Shown here: positions 53,998 to 63,554 of the stretch, in pieces | How the letters are laid out: every line of letters begins with the position of its first letter | Position numbering within the stretch: position 1 is the stretch's first letter | Source of the DNA: a virus | Direction: 5' to 3' (one strand) | Virus record (IMG/VR): IMGVR_UViG_3300045988_169015 | Location: 32,001-96,000 of that record | DNA: 64,000 nt | Notes under the pieces: generated by a model | What the model saw: the letters and a program-made list of their open reading frames with translations, nothing else | Told to the model about the DNA's origin: nothing | Database searches by the model: none | Made by a program: the position numbers and the translations under genes

Positions 53998-55380
53998 TTA
54001 TTTTTTGTAGTAATCAAGTTCATCATTGACGACGAACACGTACTCAGCTTCAGTTTCATCATACCTACAGATGGTATTGTTCTTAGTAAAGGCAACTGCG
54101 TCAATTGGAGTTACGATAATATTGAACTTATCATAATCTTCATCTTCATTGGAACTATAGTCAATAAGCTTGTAGATCTTATTATCTTTACCGATATAGA
54201 AATCGTCAGTACCGTCTGTTTCAATCATTGAACCGTCTGCAAGCATAAGATATTCAGAGTTGTAGAGCAGAGTTGCCTTTATCATATTGTCCCAGAGCGA
54301 CTCATCTTCTTCATAATCAGTTTCATCATCTGGGAAAGAATTGATAACAGTTTTACCGGTCTTGTCCTTGCCGTAGTATCTGCCGTAATCGAAGTCGTCA
54401 TATCCGTCATCGCCGTCCCAGCCGTAGTATCTTTTACTGGCATAACCTCGGTAGCTGTATATAGCTTCAATGTATTCGTACTTTGCAGTTTTACCCTCGG
54501 CTACATCCTTGATAATTGTATTTACTCTTTCGATAACGTTATAAAGCTCATCAAGAACGATATACTCGCTTGTGGTATGAGCATTGTAATATCCGCTGCT
54601 GAAGTTTACAGCTGCAACACCGAGAGCGGGAGCTACATATGAGATGTCAGAGCAGGAACCATATGCAGTCTTAAAGCCGTATGTGTCAATGAACTTCTCA
54701 AATTCGGGATTATCGCAGTCATAGTACACGCTGTCGTTTGAGCCTTTGCGATCCACTTCAATTATGAAGTTGATGTTTATGTCTTCGAGATTGATAATGC
54801 TATTACGGATATCGTCTGCGAAGTAATCAGCTCCCACACAGCCTATCTCTTCGTCTTCGGTAAAGAGAATGTAAGGCTTAATGCCATCTCTGATACTCAT
54901 AAGTGCAGTATAGATACCGCATCTGTCATCGCCGCCGATACCCTGCGGAGACCAGACGCAGCCCTTATCGGACATATAAATGTCTCGAACGGGTTCCTTA
55001 TGAACAGTATCCATATGAGCACACATCATTACGGGAACATTGCCTTTTGCGAATAAGTATCCGTCCGCATAGACAACATCATAACCGAAGCCGACGAGTA
55101 TCGAGTAAAGAAAATCTTTGAGAGCATACTGCTCAAGTCGGATTATCTTTTCAAACAGAGATGAAAGAGGTCTGAAATCTCTTGTGCTGCCGATGATAGA
55201 ATTATATTTTTCGATCATCTTATTTACGTTGTCGAGATCGGGTGTTTTGGGATTGAGGTTTCTTACGTGTTTTTCCGGTTCGTATTTCTTTACCTTGGGT
55301 GATAAAGTATTAAATGCGGAAATATTTGCGGTTGCGGGAGTGGTAGTAGTAGTTGTAGTAGTTGTTGTAGGCATAGCCAT
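53998..55380 (-). CDS. M28/M42-like zinc peptidase-domain protein with N-terminal poly-Thr tract
   Basis: MCAHMDTVH, GIGGDDRCG and FTEDEEIGCVGA resemble co-catalytic metallopeptidase ligand motifs. The N-terminus is MAMPTTTTTTTTTTPA. About 150 extra C-terminal residues. Confidence 0.6.
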   Translation of the reverse strand: MAMPTTTTTTTTTTPATANISAFNTLSPKVKKYEPEKHVRNLNPKTPDLDNVNKMIEKYNSIIGSTRDFRPLSSLFEKIIRLEQYALKDFLYSILVGFGYDVVYADGYLFAKGNVPVMMCAHMDTVHKEPVRDIYMSDKGCVWSPQGIGGDDRCGIYTALMSIRDGIKPYILFTEDEEIGCVGADYFADDIRNSIINLEDININFIIEVDRKGSNDSVYYDCDNPEFEKFIDTYGFKTAYGSCSDISYVAPALGVAAVNFSSGYYNAHTTSEYIVLDELYNVIERVNTIIKDVAEGKTAKYEYIEAIYSYRGYASKRYYGWDGDDGYDDFDYGRYYGKDKTGKTVINSFPDDETDYEEDESLWDNMIKATLLYNSEYLMLADGSMIETDGTDDFYIGKDNKIYKLIDYSSNEDEDYDKFNIIVTPIDAVAFTKNNTICRYDETEAEYVFVVNDELDYYKK

Positions 55381-55402
55381 TTTCCTCCATTAAATTATTT
55401 GA

Positions 55403-56680
55403 TTAGAAGCGGTCATAATCATCATAAGAATCGACATCGGGGGCATCGTCATCACAATTATCATTTGCAATTGACGAATCGCAGTTATCACAATAAAGTG
55501 AACTGCACATTATATCATTAACATCTGATGTTGAGCGGTACTTCTGTGCCCCGCATTCTATACAATATGTACTACCGCCGACTGATATTGTGTTGCTCTG
55601 CTTCGGCAAATCGGGATTATCATATTTAAGTACCGTATAAAACTTCCAGTCGGGGTACATAAACGTATCGGGGTTGCTTTTGATTATTGTGTGATTTGGC
55701 GTCCACGAGCCGGGGACACCTTCGCACTCCGAAAGAATTTTCTGGACACGGTTTCGATATATGAAATACGGATTGCTGTCGCTCTCACAATAGTCTATTG
55801 ACTTGGGGTATATTCTTTCGTGAACTATGTGGGGCGACTTATAGAATATCACTTGTCGGGTTATCTTCGGTATCTTCCACAATTCTCTTGATTCGAAGTT
55901 CTTATCATCAAGAGTGTAGAACAGAAGTGAAACCCTGTCAGTCAGATAGGACATACAACCTGCTTTGTGCTTTCCTTTATACTCAAAGCCATCGAAATTG
56001 CGGCTTGGAGTTAAACACATACAGTTGCTCCATGAGTTGCCATGGCTCATTGTAAGGTAATCCATAGGATTGACTGAGAGAACCGCAGTTCGCTTGAAGG
56101 CTCGGGGTGATATGCAGTCGCTTATCTTTGCGAAGATGCGGTTATACTCCGGGTGTTTTGTAAAACCGAAGTATTCATAGACTTTGTTCAGAATTCGTGT
56201 CGATTTTTGACCGCTCTTGAATTTAAATTCGGGAGCTATCAGATTTATTGTGGACACGATATCGCCATCAACAGTTTCCGAAAAACAATGCTGAGTTACA
56301 AATCGGAGAGCAGTGTCGTTATTGTTATTCATTGAAAAGAACATCCTGAACTCATCGGGGACGTTTCCACCGTGATTATCGAAGATGTGCTTTCTCAGTT
56401 TTGTAATTATGTTATATGAAACATCGCTGTTTTCAAAAATCAGTGCCCGCATCTCATCGCAGAAACTAAAGTAATTGCTGTCAAGTTCTCGCTTCTCGGT
56501 TATTGTAGTAACGATTGCGAGCTCGTCCTCTCGCCACATAGGGTGTTTGCGAAGTAACTCAAGAAGCGGAGTTTTATTTTTGCTCCACTCGTTTATGTTT
56601 TTGGCAACACCAAGCTCGGAGCAGGATATCCCGAGGCTTCTGAGATAATTGACTGCGGTTGTTGTTATGCTGTTTACCAT
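55403..56680 (-). CDS. hypothetical protein, short paralogue of 56680-58752, Cys-rich C-terminus
   Basis: 425 aa. Shares EW...K.PL..LLRKHP.W, FGF.K.P.YNR.FAK and LS.N..D.L.MS.GNSW.SC with the upstream gene. Confidence 0.55.
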   Translation of the reverse strand: MVNSITTTAVNYLRSLGISCSELGVAKNINEWSKNKTPLLELLRKHPMWREDELAIVTTITEKRELDSNYFSFCDEMRALIFENSDVSYNIITKLRKHIFDNHGGNVPDEFRMFFSMNNNNDTALRFVTQHCFSETVDGDIVSTINLIAPEFKFKSGQKSTRILNKVYEYFGFTKHPEYNRIFAKISDCISPRAFKRTAVLSVNPMDYLTMSHGNSWSNCMCLTPSRNFDGFEYKGKHKAGCMSYLTDRVSLLFYTLDDKNFESRELWKIPKITRQVIFYKSPHIVHERIYPKSIDYCESDSNPYFIYRNRVQKILSECEGVPGSWTPNHTIIKSNPDTFMYPDWKFYTVLKYDNPDLPKQSNTISVGGSTYCIECGAQKYRSTSDVNDIMCSSLYCDNCDSSIANDNCDDDAPDVDSYDDYDRF

Positions 56681-58752
56681 TATGCAGTTACCTCCTCAGA
56701 GCTTTCGGGTTCTTCTGTTTCCTCATTTTCCATATGCTTGTCATAGCAAGCTTCGCAAAAACAATCGCTACCAAGCTCAAATATATTTTCACGGTGGAAA
56801 TATTCGTCGCAGTCATCACACTGTATGTAATATTCCTTAAGACAATTATCACAGACTTCGATCTCATCATCGTATCTGTCATAGACAGTTGTAGTTGGTT
56901 CGTCGTAATGCCACTCCCCACACTGATCGCAGCAACAGAAATCACCAATATAAAGACCGTTTTCACAAACGTTGCCATAATTTTCGACGTATGTGTAATT
57001 GCCTGTTTCATATTCCTGATGATATTCACAATAGAAACAGCAGTTATCACAATACCACTCGCCGTCTATGCAGTGCATATCATCACGATCGTTGTAACAA
57101 CCGCATTCATCACAATAAGCTGTTTCCTCATCGGGGTGACACTTGTGACAAAGAAGACCGTTATGAGAATTTTCACTGTCTTCAAATTCATCTTTACATT
57201 TTTCAGCTCCGCAGTTTATGCAATAGCTTGTACCGCCCACGACAATATACTTTGCAGAACGAATAACGTAATCAGAGTCACGGTTTTCAGTATCGCTGCC
57301 CTCTTCAACCTCGTTTTCGGAAACGGAAATTTCCTTTTTCAGATGTACAATGTAGTTAGGGAAATTATTCCAATCATCGTACATAAAAGTATCATCACGG
57401 TTACATACACTTGCTCTGTTGCGGTTCTCCCTGACCCAAAGATTCGGAGTTTCAAGACAGGTTGCAAAGATATCCTCAACAACAGTTCTGTACTGCTTAA
57501 CAAGGGCTTTTCCTTGTTCCGTGTCATCGTTACACTGCGGGTAAAGGCGTTCCTGTACGAGCACAGGATAACTCCAGAAGAAAATCTGGCGATTAATTTT
57601 AGGTTCAAAGCAATAATCTGTGCCGTGATAATCCTTATCGACAGTATAGAATATCATTGATTCGGAATCATTGGCGTAACTAAGTGTTCCGCCCATATAG
57701 CAGCCACCGTAATTATCGGGACCACCTGAGAGGATAGTATGGCAGGAACGCCACGAGTTGCCGTTTGACATCAGCAAAAAGTCGATGATGTTTGCAGAAA
57801 GAACTGTAATACGTTCTACGTCAAACGGATTCATGCTATCCGCAAGCTTTGCAAACTCACGGTTATAGTTTGGGGTTTTATCAAAACCGAATTTACAGAA
57901 CAACTTATTTGCAATTCGGCTTGTCTTTTGACCAACGTGTGCTCTGATATCGGGATAGATTCGATTTACGCAGTCGGCAACTTCTTTGGACATTGTATTC
58001 ATCGGCTCTTGAGAAAAGAGTGCTAAGAATACGGTGGCAAAAAGCCTTTTACTGTCAACATAGGAATCTGATATCCAACTCCAATTGCAAATATGCGATT
58101 TGTTTATCATTGTCTGCCAATCTATCTGAGACATTTCAGAAAAGCAAGTGTAAACATTGTCCCAAGGAGTTGTACCAGATTCAATGTGGTCGTATCCACA
58201 AAATTCTATAAGGTGACTAAATGCGGATTCTGAATCTGCCGATGATGGCATACGGTGCTCGGTCTGATGATAGACGACTGCTTTTGCCTCTTCGTTCCAG
58301 TTAGGGTGTTTACGAAGAAGTCTGAAAAGTGGAGCCTTCATGTTGAGCCACTCTTCGACATTCTTACGGATGCCATCTTTGGTAAACTTATTCGCACGGT
58401 CGATAAGTGCGCCATTGCGAGCAAATCTGTTGAACATATCATACACCTTGTTGGTGTAGTAATCGACAGAGAACTCGTTAAACTCTTTGGGCTCCGGTTC
58501 TGCAGTTTCCATCAGTCGTGCTGTTGCTTCGTGGTCGATCATACCGTCTGACCAATGCCAACGGCGTCCACTGTTGTCGTTTTCATCTTCGACCATATAA
58601 TAAGGGCAGGTGACACTTCCCGAATGCGTTGTGTAAATTGTCATTGTTGTGCCTGCATATTTGTACATTTCAGACACTGTGTATAATACATGCCTTAAAG
58701 TCTCTTCATTTGCAATTACGACCTTCTGACCAACTTCATATCTTGTACTCAT
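56680..58752 (-). CDS. hypothetical large protein with multiple CxxC zinc-ribbon repeats
   Basis: 690 aa. The C-terminal ~200 aa contain at least 10 CxxC pairs. The stop overlaps the ATG of its paralogue. Confidence 0.55.
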   Translation of the reverse strand: MSTRYEVGQKVVIANEETLRHVLYTVSEMYKYAGTTMTIYTTHSGSVTCPYYMVEDENDNSGRRWHWSDGMIDHEATARLMETAEPEPKEFNEFSVDYYTNKVYDMFNRFARNGALIDRANKFTKDGIRKNVEEWLNMKAPLFRLLRKHPNWNEEAKAVVYHQTEHRMPSSADSESAFSHLIEFCGYDHIESGTTPWDNVYTCFSEMSQIDWQTMINKSHICNWSWISDSYVDSKRLFATVFLALFSQEPMNTMSKEVADCVNRIYPDIRAHVGQKTSRIANKLFCKFGFDKTPNYNREFAKLADSMNPFDVERITVLSANIIDFLLMSNGNSWRSCHTILSGGPDNYGGCYMGGTLSYANDSESMIFYTVDKDYHGTDYCFEPKINRQIFFWSYPVLVQERLYPQCNDDTEQGKALVKQYRTVVEDIFATCLETPNLWVRENRNRASVCNRDDTFMYDDWNNFPNYIVHLKKEISVSENEVEEGSDTENRDSDYVIRSAKYIVVGGTSYCINCGAEKCKDEFEDSENSHNGLLCHKCHPDEETAYCDECGCYNDRDDMHCIDGEWYCDNCCFYCEYHQEYETGNYTYVENYGNVCENGLYIGDFCCCDQCGEWHYDEPTTTVYDRYDDEIEVCDNCLKEYYIQCDDCDEYFHRENIFELGSDCFCEACYDKHMENEETEEPESSEEVTA

Positions 58753-58805
58753 GATAATACCTCTTTCTGCCTTTCGGCGTTAAAATTTATTTGATAGTTC
58801 AAGCT

Positions 58806-58839
58806 ATCAGAAAAGCCCACCAGACAGGCTGATGGGCTT
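58806..58839 (-). terminator. rho-independent terminator
   Basis: Minus strand reads AAGCCCATCAG-cctgt-CTGGTGGGCTT followed by TTCTGAT; the last two stem residues plus this tail read TTTTCTGAT. It lies downstream of the 58863-59093 gene. Confidence 0.65.
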
Positions 58840-58862
58840 GAGCTCATAGTTTGAAGTTGTAA

Positions 58863-59093
58863 TTATCCCTCGATGACGACAAACTTGGCATTGTTGTGAC
58901 AAAGCATATAGTATCCGATATTGGGATCGTCGCACCCGTATTCTTTGAGCTGTCCATACTCACCTTCTGTATGAACATCGGTGAGCACGTTGTAAGCTAA
59001 CGCATCACATTCATAACAAGAATTATGAATGCCAACATAAGCATCAAGGTCACAGGTTTCGAGTTTTGCAATAAGTTCTTTTACGGTCATCAT
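58863..59093 (-). CDS. hypothetical small protein
   Basis: 76-aa ORF. Confidence 0.4.
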   Translation of the reverse strand: MMTVKELIAKLETCDLDAYVGIHNSCYECDALAYNVLTDVHTEGEYGQLKEYGCDDPNIGYYMLCHNNAKFVVIEG

Positions 59094-59130
59094 AATAATA
59101 TCTCTCCTTTTAAATATGTGTGTATGATTA

Positions 59131-59628
59131 TCAGAACCACTTGGGGCGGTTTTCGGTGAGCCATTTTATTTCGTCACCGAATTCCTCGATCGCGGCTTCG
59201 GCAAGTTCTTTAGTTACAAAATATACTTGTCCACAATCAATGCCAGTGATATAACCATACGCTTCAACTTTCTGAGTTACATTATTCCAAACAGGAGACC
59301 ATTTGGGTGTATGACAATCCCAATCAGCAGGTTTGGTATTATGCCCCGCTGCCCAACGCCTCATTTGGCGGGTAAGAGTGTCGCTGCGTTTACACCATTC
59401 GGCAAGTCGCCTATTGGTGTAGTAGTTTGCCACCGCATAATGACAATCGGAATTTACATCATCTTCGTCATAACCCAACCCTATGTCGCCCTCGGAGTCG
59501 ATATACAAATAACTATCGGCTCTTTCAAAGCCCGTGACTTTCTTAGGCGCAGTCAGCTCTTCCACCTGTTTATCTGAGATCTGAACCTCGATCTCTTTAC
59601 CGTCAATAATAAGTTTTGCAGTTTTCAT
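59131..59628 (-). CDS. hypothetical protein
   Basis: 165-aa ORF. It starts ATGAAAACTGCAAAA (MKTAK), as does 60643-60906. Confidence 0.45.
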   Translation of the reverse strand: MKTAKLIIDGKEIEVQISDKQVEELTAPKKVTGFERADSYLYIDSEGDIGLGYDEDDVNSDCHYAVANYYTNRRLAEWCKRSDTLTRQMRRWAAGHNTKPADWDCHTPKWSPVWNNVTQKVEAYGYITGIDCGQVYFVTKELAEAAIEEFGDEIKWLTENRPKWF

Positions 59629-59657
59629 ATGTGTTTACCTCCTATTTGATTTTGCAA

Positions 59658-60434
59658 TTACGCATTTACGCCTTCGCCCTGATTGTCGATCGCATCAAGG
59701 GGAACGTAATTATCGTGGGCGAATTTGACCAGTTTAAGAAATGCGTTAAAATCCATTCCGTACTTTTCCATGCCTCTGAGCTTGCCCTTGTTTATGCAAG
59801 TCAGCATCTGAGACTGGATCTCAGGAACGCACTTGCAAATATAAGCAAATTTAAACCGTTCCAGCATGGGAGAGAACAGCTTTTGTAATGCGGCTTCGTT
59901 CATCTGTTCAAACCGATTCTTCATATCATAGTATGCCTTGACGTTTGGGTCTTCGTTGATTGTTTTGTCGATGTGTATGAGCACATCTATTGGACTGACA
60001 TACTCGGTAGCAGGTTCGGGATTTGCGGTTACGGGGACAACGACGGCAGAAGTTTCGGGCTCCGACTTTGCCGATTTGCCGTTAAGATATTCCTTGAAAC
60101 CGTCAAGTGTCTCTCTGGAAAAACGATTAGGAAATTGTCCCCTGCCATGAATGTCGGGGACTATGAGTCCCCTCTTTATGTAATAGTTCAATGTGGGATA
60201 TGAAATTCCCAGATATTTAGCTGCTTCTGAACTGGTCAGCATATCGGAATTTCCGACTACACCTTCGACATAGCGAAGGATATCCTCTTTTGTCCACTTG
60301 CTACGATTCGCATTGCGAAATGCAAGGCGAATTGTAGAATGTGGTGCATCAATAATATGTGCGACCTGAGAAATGGTAAATTCGGTCTGTGCTGTTACCT
60401 CGAGAGCTGCTTTGATTTCTGCGATTGTTTTCAT
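59658..60434 (-). CDS. DNA-binding protein with two HTH (excisionase/MerR-like) modules
   Basis: Start at the ATG at 60434. HTH-like segments FTISQVAHIIDAPHSTIRLAF and LTSSEAAKYLGISYPTLNYYIKRG. Confidence 0.6.
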   Translation of the reverse strand: MKTIAEIKAALEVTAQTEFTISQVAHIIDAPHSTIRLAFRNANRSKWTKEDILRYVEGVVGNSDMLTSSEAAKYLGISYPTLNYYIKRGLIVPDIHGRGQFPNRFSRETLDGFKEYLNGKSAKSEPETSAVVVPVTANPEPATEYVSPIDVLIHIDKTINEDPNVKAYYDMKNRFEQMNEAALQKLFSPMLERFKFAYICKCVPEIQSQMLTCINKGKLRGMEKYGMDFNAFLKLVKFAHDNYVPLDAIDNQGEGVNA

Positions 60435-60473
60435 AATATCATTTCCTTTCAAATATCTAATATGTTTAGGCGA

Positions 60474-60650
60474 TTACGCAAGTTCTCTTGCAAGGTCACG
60501 CTTGCAAAGAACTATCTCTGCCTTAACGGTTGAGATGTTATCTCTTATTAAGGCAGCCTCATATTTGCTGTTTGCAGATATGAGGTCGGAATTAAGGTCG
60601 GCGAGCTGTTTTGTTAGCATCGCCAATTCCTGCTTGTAGTATTCAGCCAA
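60474..60650 (-). CDS. possible small coiled-coil protein (below the ORF-track cutoff)
   Basis: Frame reads AEYYKQELAMLTKQLADLNSDLISANSKYEAALIRDNISTVKAEIVLCKRDLARELA. Start is TTG at 60650 or ATG at 60620. Confidence 0.3.
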   Translation of the reverse strand: MAEYYKQELAMLTKQLADLNSDLISANSKYEAALIRDNISTVKAEIVLCKRDLARELA

Positions 60651-60906
60651 TGTACTTCACCGCCCTTTTTAATATGTGTTCGCAACCGTATTTTACAGTT
60701 GTAAAAATGACTGTCTTGATAATAAACAGCCAGTCATATACACATCTTGCGATTATCCCGCAGAACAGTGCGGGGAAAATTACTATTCCTGTCATATCCT
60801 GCTCCCATGGAGAAATCAGGGAAACAAGAATTATTGTTGCTACGATAATGGCAACGGAGAGTACATGCCACTCGGTGGGAGCGTATTTGTGTTTTGCAGT
60901 TTTCAT
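60643..60906 (-). CDS. small membrane protein
   Basis: 87 aa with two hydrophobic helices. Confidence 0.45.
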   Translation of the reverse strand: MKTAKHKYAPTEWHVLSVAIIVATIILVSLISPWEQDMTGIVIFPALFCGIIARCVYDWLFIIKTVIFTTVKYGCEHILKRAVKYIG

Positions 60907-60959
60907 TCAGAAAACTCCTTTCATATGTATTTTGCAGTTACCTGCTGGGGCGGAGTGAT

Positions 60960-62150
60960 TGGTAGAGCAGCACCCCGCTAAGCTGCTTGTGGTGTTAGGG
61001 CATTGGTATCACGTCCTTTCGTTGATTTCGGGTTTTGTTCAGGCAGTTCCCGAAACTGCTCTTGTGATTACTGACATAACTACCTCCAAAGTCCACCACG
61101 GACTTTTACTTTTTAATTTAAGCCCCTGACTATCGACCAACCCAGTTCAGATTTGCCGTGTGGGATTATCGGTTCGCATTTACCAAGTGCGAATCGTACA
61201 TCCTACGTACAGAGCTGTCGGATGTCAGGTTCGTGCCGCCTATTTCCGGTCGCTGGCACTTGGACCATTAGTAGTGCATTGGAAACACCTACTTTCTAAT
61301 ATTGCTTGGCAATTAGACGATGAGTGTCAGAGGACACTCAAAATTGCGCAGCTTGAACTCGTTCCAGTCTGCAGAATAGGTATGACCTGCGAACTTGATA
61401 AATGCTATGGACGAATCCATAGCGTCTCTGCGAAGGGTTATGTCACTCCGTGAGTGACAGCCCAGTGCAAAGAGGTTAAGTGTGAGATTGGGCATAGTAG
61501 TTTCCTTTCTGCTCGGTTTAATGACATGAGCTGGTCGATAAGTTGTGCTCCGCCGCCCTCGTGCAGACTTTGGAGTGTATTAAGGGTGTGCAAGAATAGC
61601 TCTTCGCATTTTACGGGCAAGGCATTTGCTAAACGTGTGCTCACGTACCAGTGCCCAACTTGCTGCCTGCTCACACATTGCTGTGTGGTAACACCCTTAT
61701 TGTTTGTGCGGATTTCCGCAAAAAAATGAGCGGTTTAATGACGTGCTCAGGTCAAAAGTGATACTATTCGCTAAGGTGGAATTCCATATAAAGAACCAAT
61801 GTGTAAGCATGGTGGGTCATAGCGCATACTACTATATGCCAGCAACAACCAGTTGCTCAAGAAATACATAAGACTAACCACTATAGTCTTACACATACTT
61901 GTGGAGTAATACTTGTCCGTGTTCTCTATACGGGCGTATGAATTTATTTTCAACTTTTTTACCCCTCATGAGCGATAAAATTACCCCCTGTCGGCGCTCA
62001 TCTCCGCAGAGGGTTAGTGGGTTGGAGCCATTTGTTTTAGGTCGTTGACCCCAACAGGACGACCTGTGCCCGGTATTGGGCATGGCGTGGCATAGGATTA
62101 CCTCACTTACTGAGCTTTTGCGCCTGTACTGCCTTAATCTGCTCGGGAGT
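60960..62150. ncRNA. 1.2-kb ORF-free stem-rich segment (candidate large structured RNA)
   Basis: No credible ORF on either strand. Hairpins include GCTATGG-acgaat-CCATAGC, GTCACT-ccgtg-AGTGAC, GGTCGT..ACGACC and ATGAGCG..CGCTCAT. CGGTTTAATGAC occurs twice. Confidence 0.3.
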
Positions 62151-62158
62151 AAGCAGAT

Positions 62159-62764
62159 TCATAATAAACGTAACCATGGTTTCGTTCTGCTCATTCTTAG
62201 CCTTTCAGCCTCGTATGCCTCCTTGTTCTTACGCATCTGCTCTGCAAGATCGTCCATTTCGGACTTGCTTGTCTTACGGGAAGACTTAGGGTCACACCAT
62301 GTTCCGTCGTTGAGAACATGATTAGTAAGGTAGAGAGCATATTTGATAAATGTAGACTTGGTAGTGTAACCGCCAAGGACACTTTTTTCCTTGGTGTCTT
62401 TATCGGTCTTAGTCTGTCTCTTAGGGGCAAAGAGAGCCGTGAGCATAGCTATATTTCCTATGCCGCAACCGAGACCAACCGCTTTAAGATATGAGCGGGC
62501 AAAGTCGTGAGCTTTGTTGACCGATTTATCTCTCTGGTTGTCAGTCCGTGATGTGGCGGCGGTTTCAAGATACTCAAAGACCTTGACAAGGTTGCCGAGA
62601 GCAGACTTGGCGGACTCGTCCTCGATGTCGGACAGCTTGGGGGCGTGTGCAAAGCTGTCAGCAAGAGCTGTTGTTGTCATGACAATATACTTGCCGTCAC
62701 TGGACTTCTTCTTGTAGGTTACGGGCGCATTGATGATAGCGCTGAATGTAGAGTTAATAGTCAT
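62159..62764 (-). CDS. hypothetical protein
   Basis: Start set to the ATG at 62764 (MTINSTF), behind ATGGAGG. Confidence 0.5.
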   Translation of the reverse strand: MTINSTFSAIINAPVTYKKKSSDGKYIVMTTTALADSFAHAPKLSDIEDESAKSALGNLVKVFEYLETAATSRTDNQRDKSVNKAHDFARSYLKAVGLGCGIGNIAMLTALFAPKRQTKTDKDTKEKSVLGGYTTKSTFIKYALYLTNHVLNDGTWCDPKSSRKTSKSEMDDLAEQMRKNKEAYEAERLRMSRTKPWLRLL

Positions 62765-62916
62765 AAAGACCTCCATTTTTAAAGTCACGTGGACTATATA
62801 TTTGAGTGTTTAGCACTCTATAGAGCGCACAAAGTCCGCACGGTTATCCCTATGCAAAGCGGCGGAAATGTTGGCGGTATGCGCTCGAACAATGCTAAAA
62901 TGCCCCATTATTTCAC

Positions 62917-62945
62917 TTGACAAAATGGGACAGTTGTGTTATAAT
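62917..62945 (+). promoter_or_regulatory. consensus plus-strand promoter, antisense to a small minus-strand ORF
   Basis: TTGACA (62917-62922), a 17-nt spacer, then TATAAT (62940-62945) with an extended TGt. Confidence 0.55.
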
Positions 62946-63077
62946 TTAATCGTCATCTATGATGTCGAACAGCTCGTCATCTGAAACGGCGGTATATACA
63001 ACCCCGTTTATAATCCGGGTGTATGAGTAGCCGTCGTCGCAGATTCCGAGCTCCGGGTCGTCTGAAAAGTCTGTCAT
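62946..63077 (-). CDS. small acidic protein (43 aa, below the ORF-track cutoff)
   Basis: ATG at 63077 behind GGAGGGAGGTG. Reads MTDFSDDPELGICDDGYSYTRIINGVVYTAVSDDELFDIIDDD. Confidence 0.4.
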   Translation of the reverse strand: MTDFSDDPELGICDDGYSYTRIINGVVYTAVSDDELFDIIDDD

Positions 63078-63525
63078 AGTTGTCACCTCCCTCCGGAGGG
63101 AATTTCCGCCACGTATTGCCAGTACGGGCGGATTTTTCTATGTATAACTATGTGTCACACCCCAAAGACATAGAGACTTTGGGCATAGTTTTTGTGTACT
63201 TGTTATTTTCACCCTTTATGTATAGACATATGCAACGTTGCCAAACGATTGATAATATTCTACACGCTTATTCAGCTCTCCCGCTTTTAGCCGTGTATAA
63301 GCCCTATCAAAAGCGCCGTGCGCCCATTTTATCGGTGTTTTATAGACTTTACATATGCGTACAGTCAAGCCCCATTGGCAAGCCGTGCGTAAAGTCATTC
63401 AGTACGTATTCAGTTTTCAAGGTACACCCACAAAGTGGGGATTTTTACCCACCGACAAGCGGTGCTTTTTGGATATTCAAGGTGTTTTCTGTCTCTGTCG
63501 TTTCTGTTCCCTTGACTGTAGCTAT

Positions 63526-63554
63526 AATATATCTCATAATATCCAATATGTCAA
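63526..63554 (-). promoter_or_regulatory. sigma70-type promoter with conserved core TTGACATATTGGATAT
   Basis: Minus strand reads TTGACA (63549-63554), a 17-nt spacer, then TATATT (63526-63531). It points leftward into the gene string. Confidence 0.55.

Noticed and set aside
56659-57660. 333-aa plus-strand ORF
   Set aside because: It is an antisense shadow inside the 690-aa minus-strand gene. The translation is repetitive and hydrophobic (I/V/F/T-rich), as expected from reverse-reading a Cys/Asp/Glu-rich gene.
61690-61715. Rho-independent terminator at TGCGGA-ttt-CCGCA
   Set aside because: The hairpin is followed by an A-run on the plus strand, and on the minus strand a T-run precedes it. 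Neither strand has the stem-then-U-tract order.
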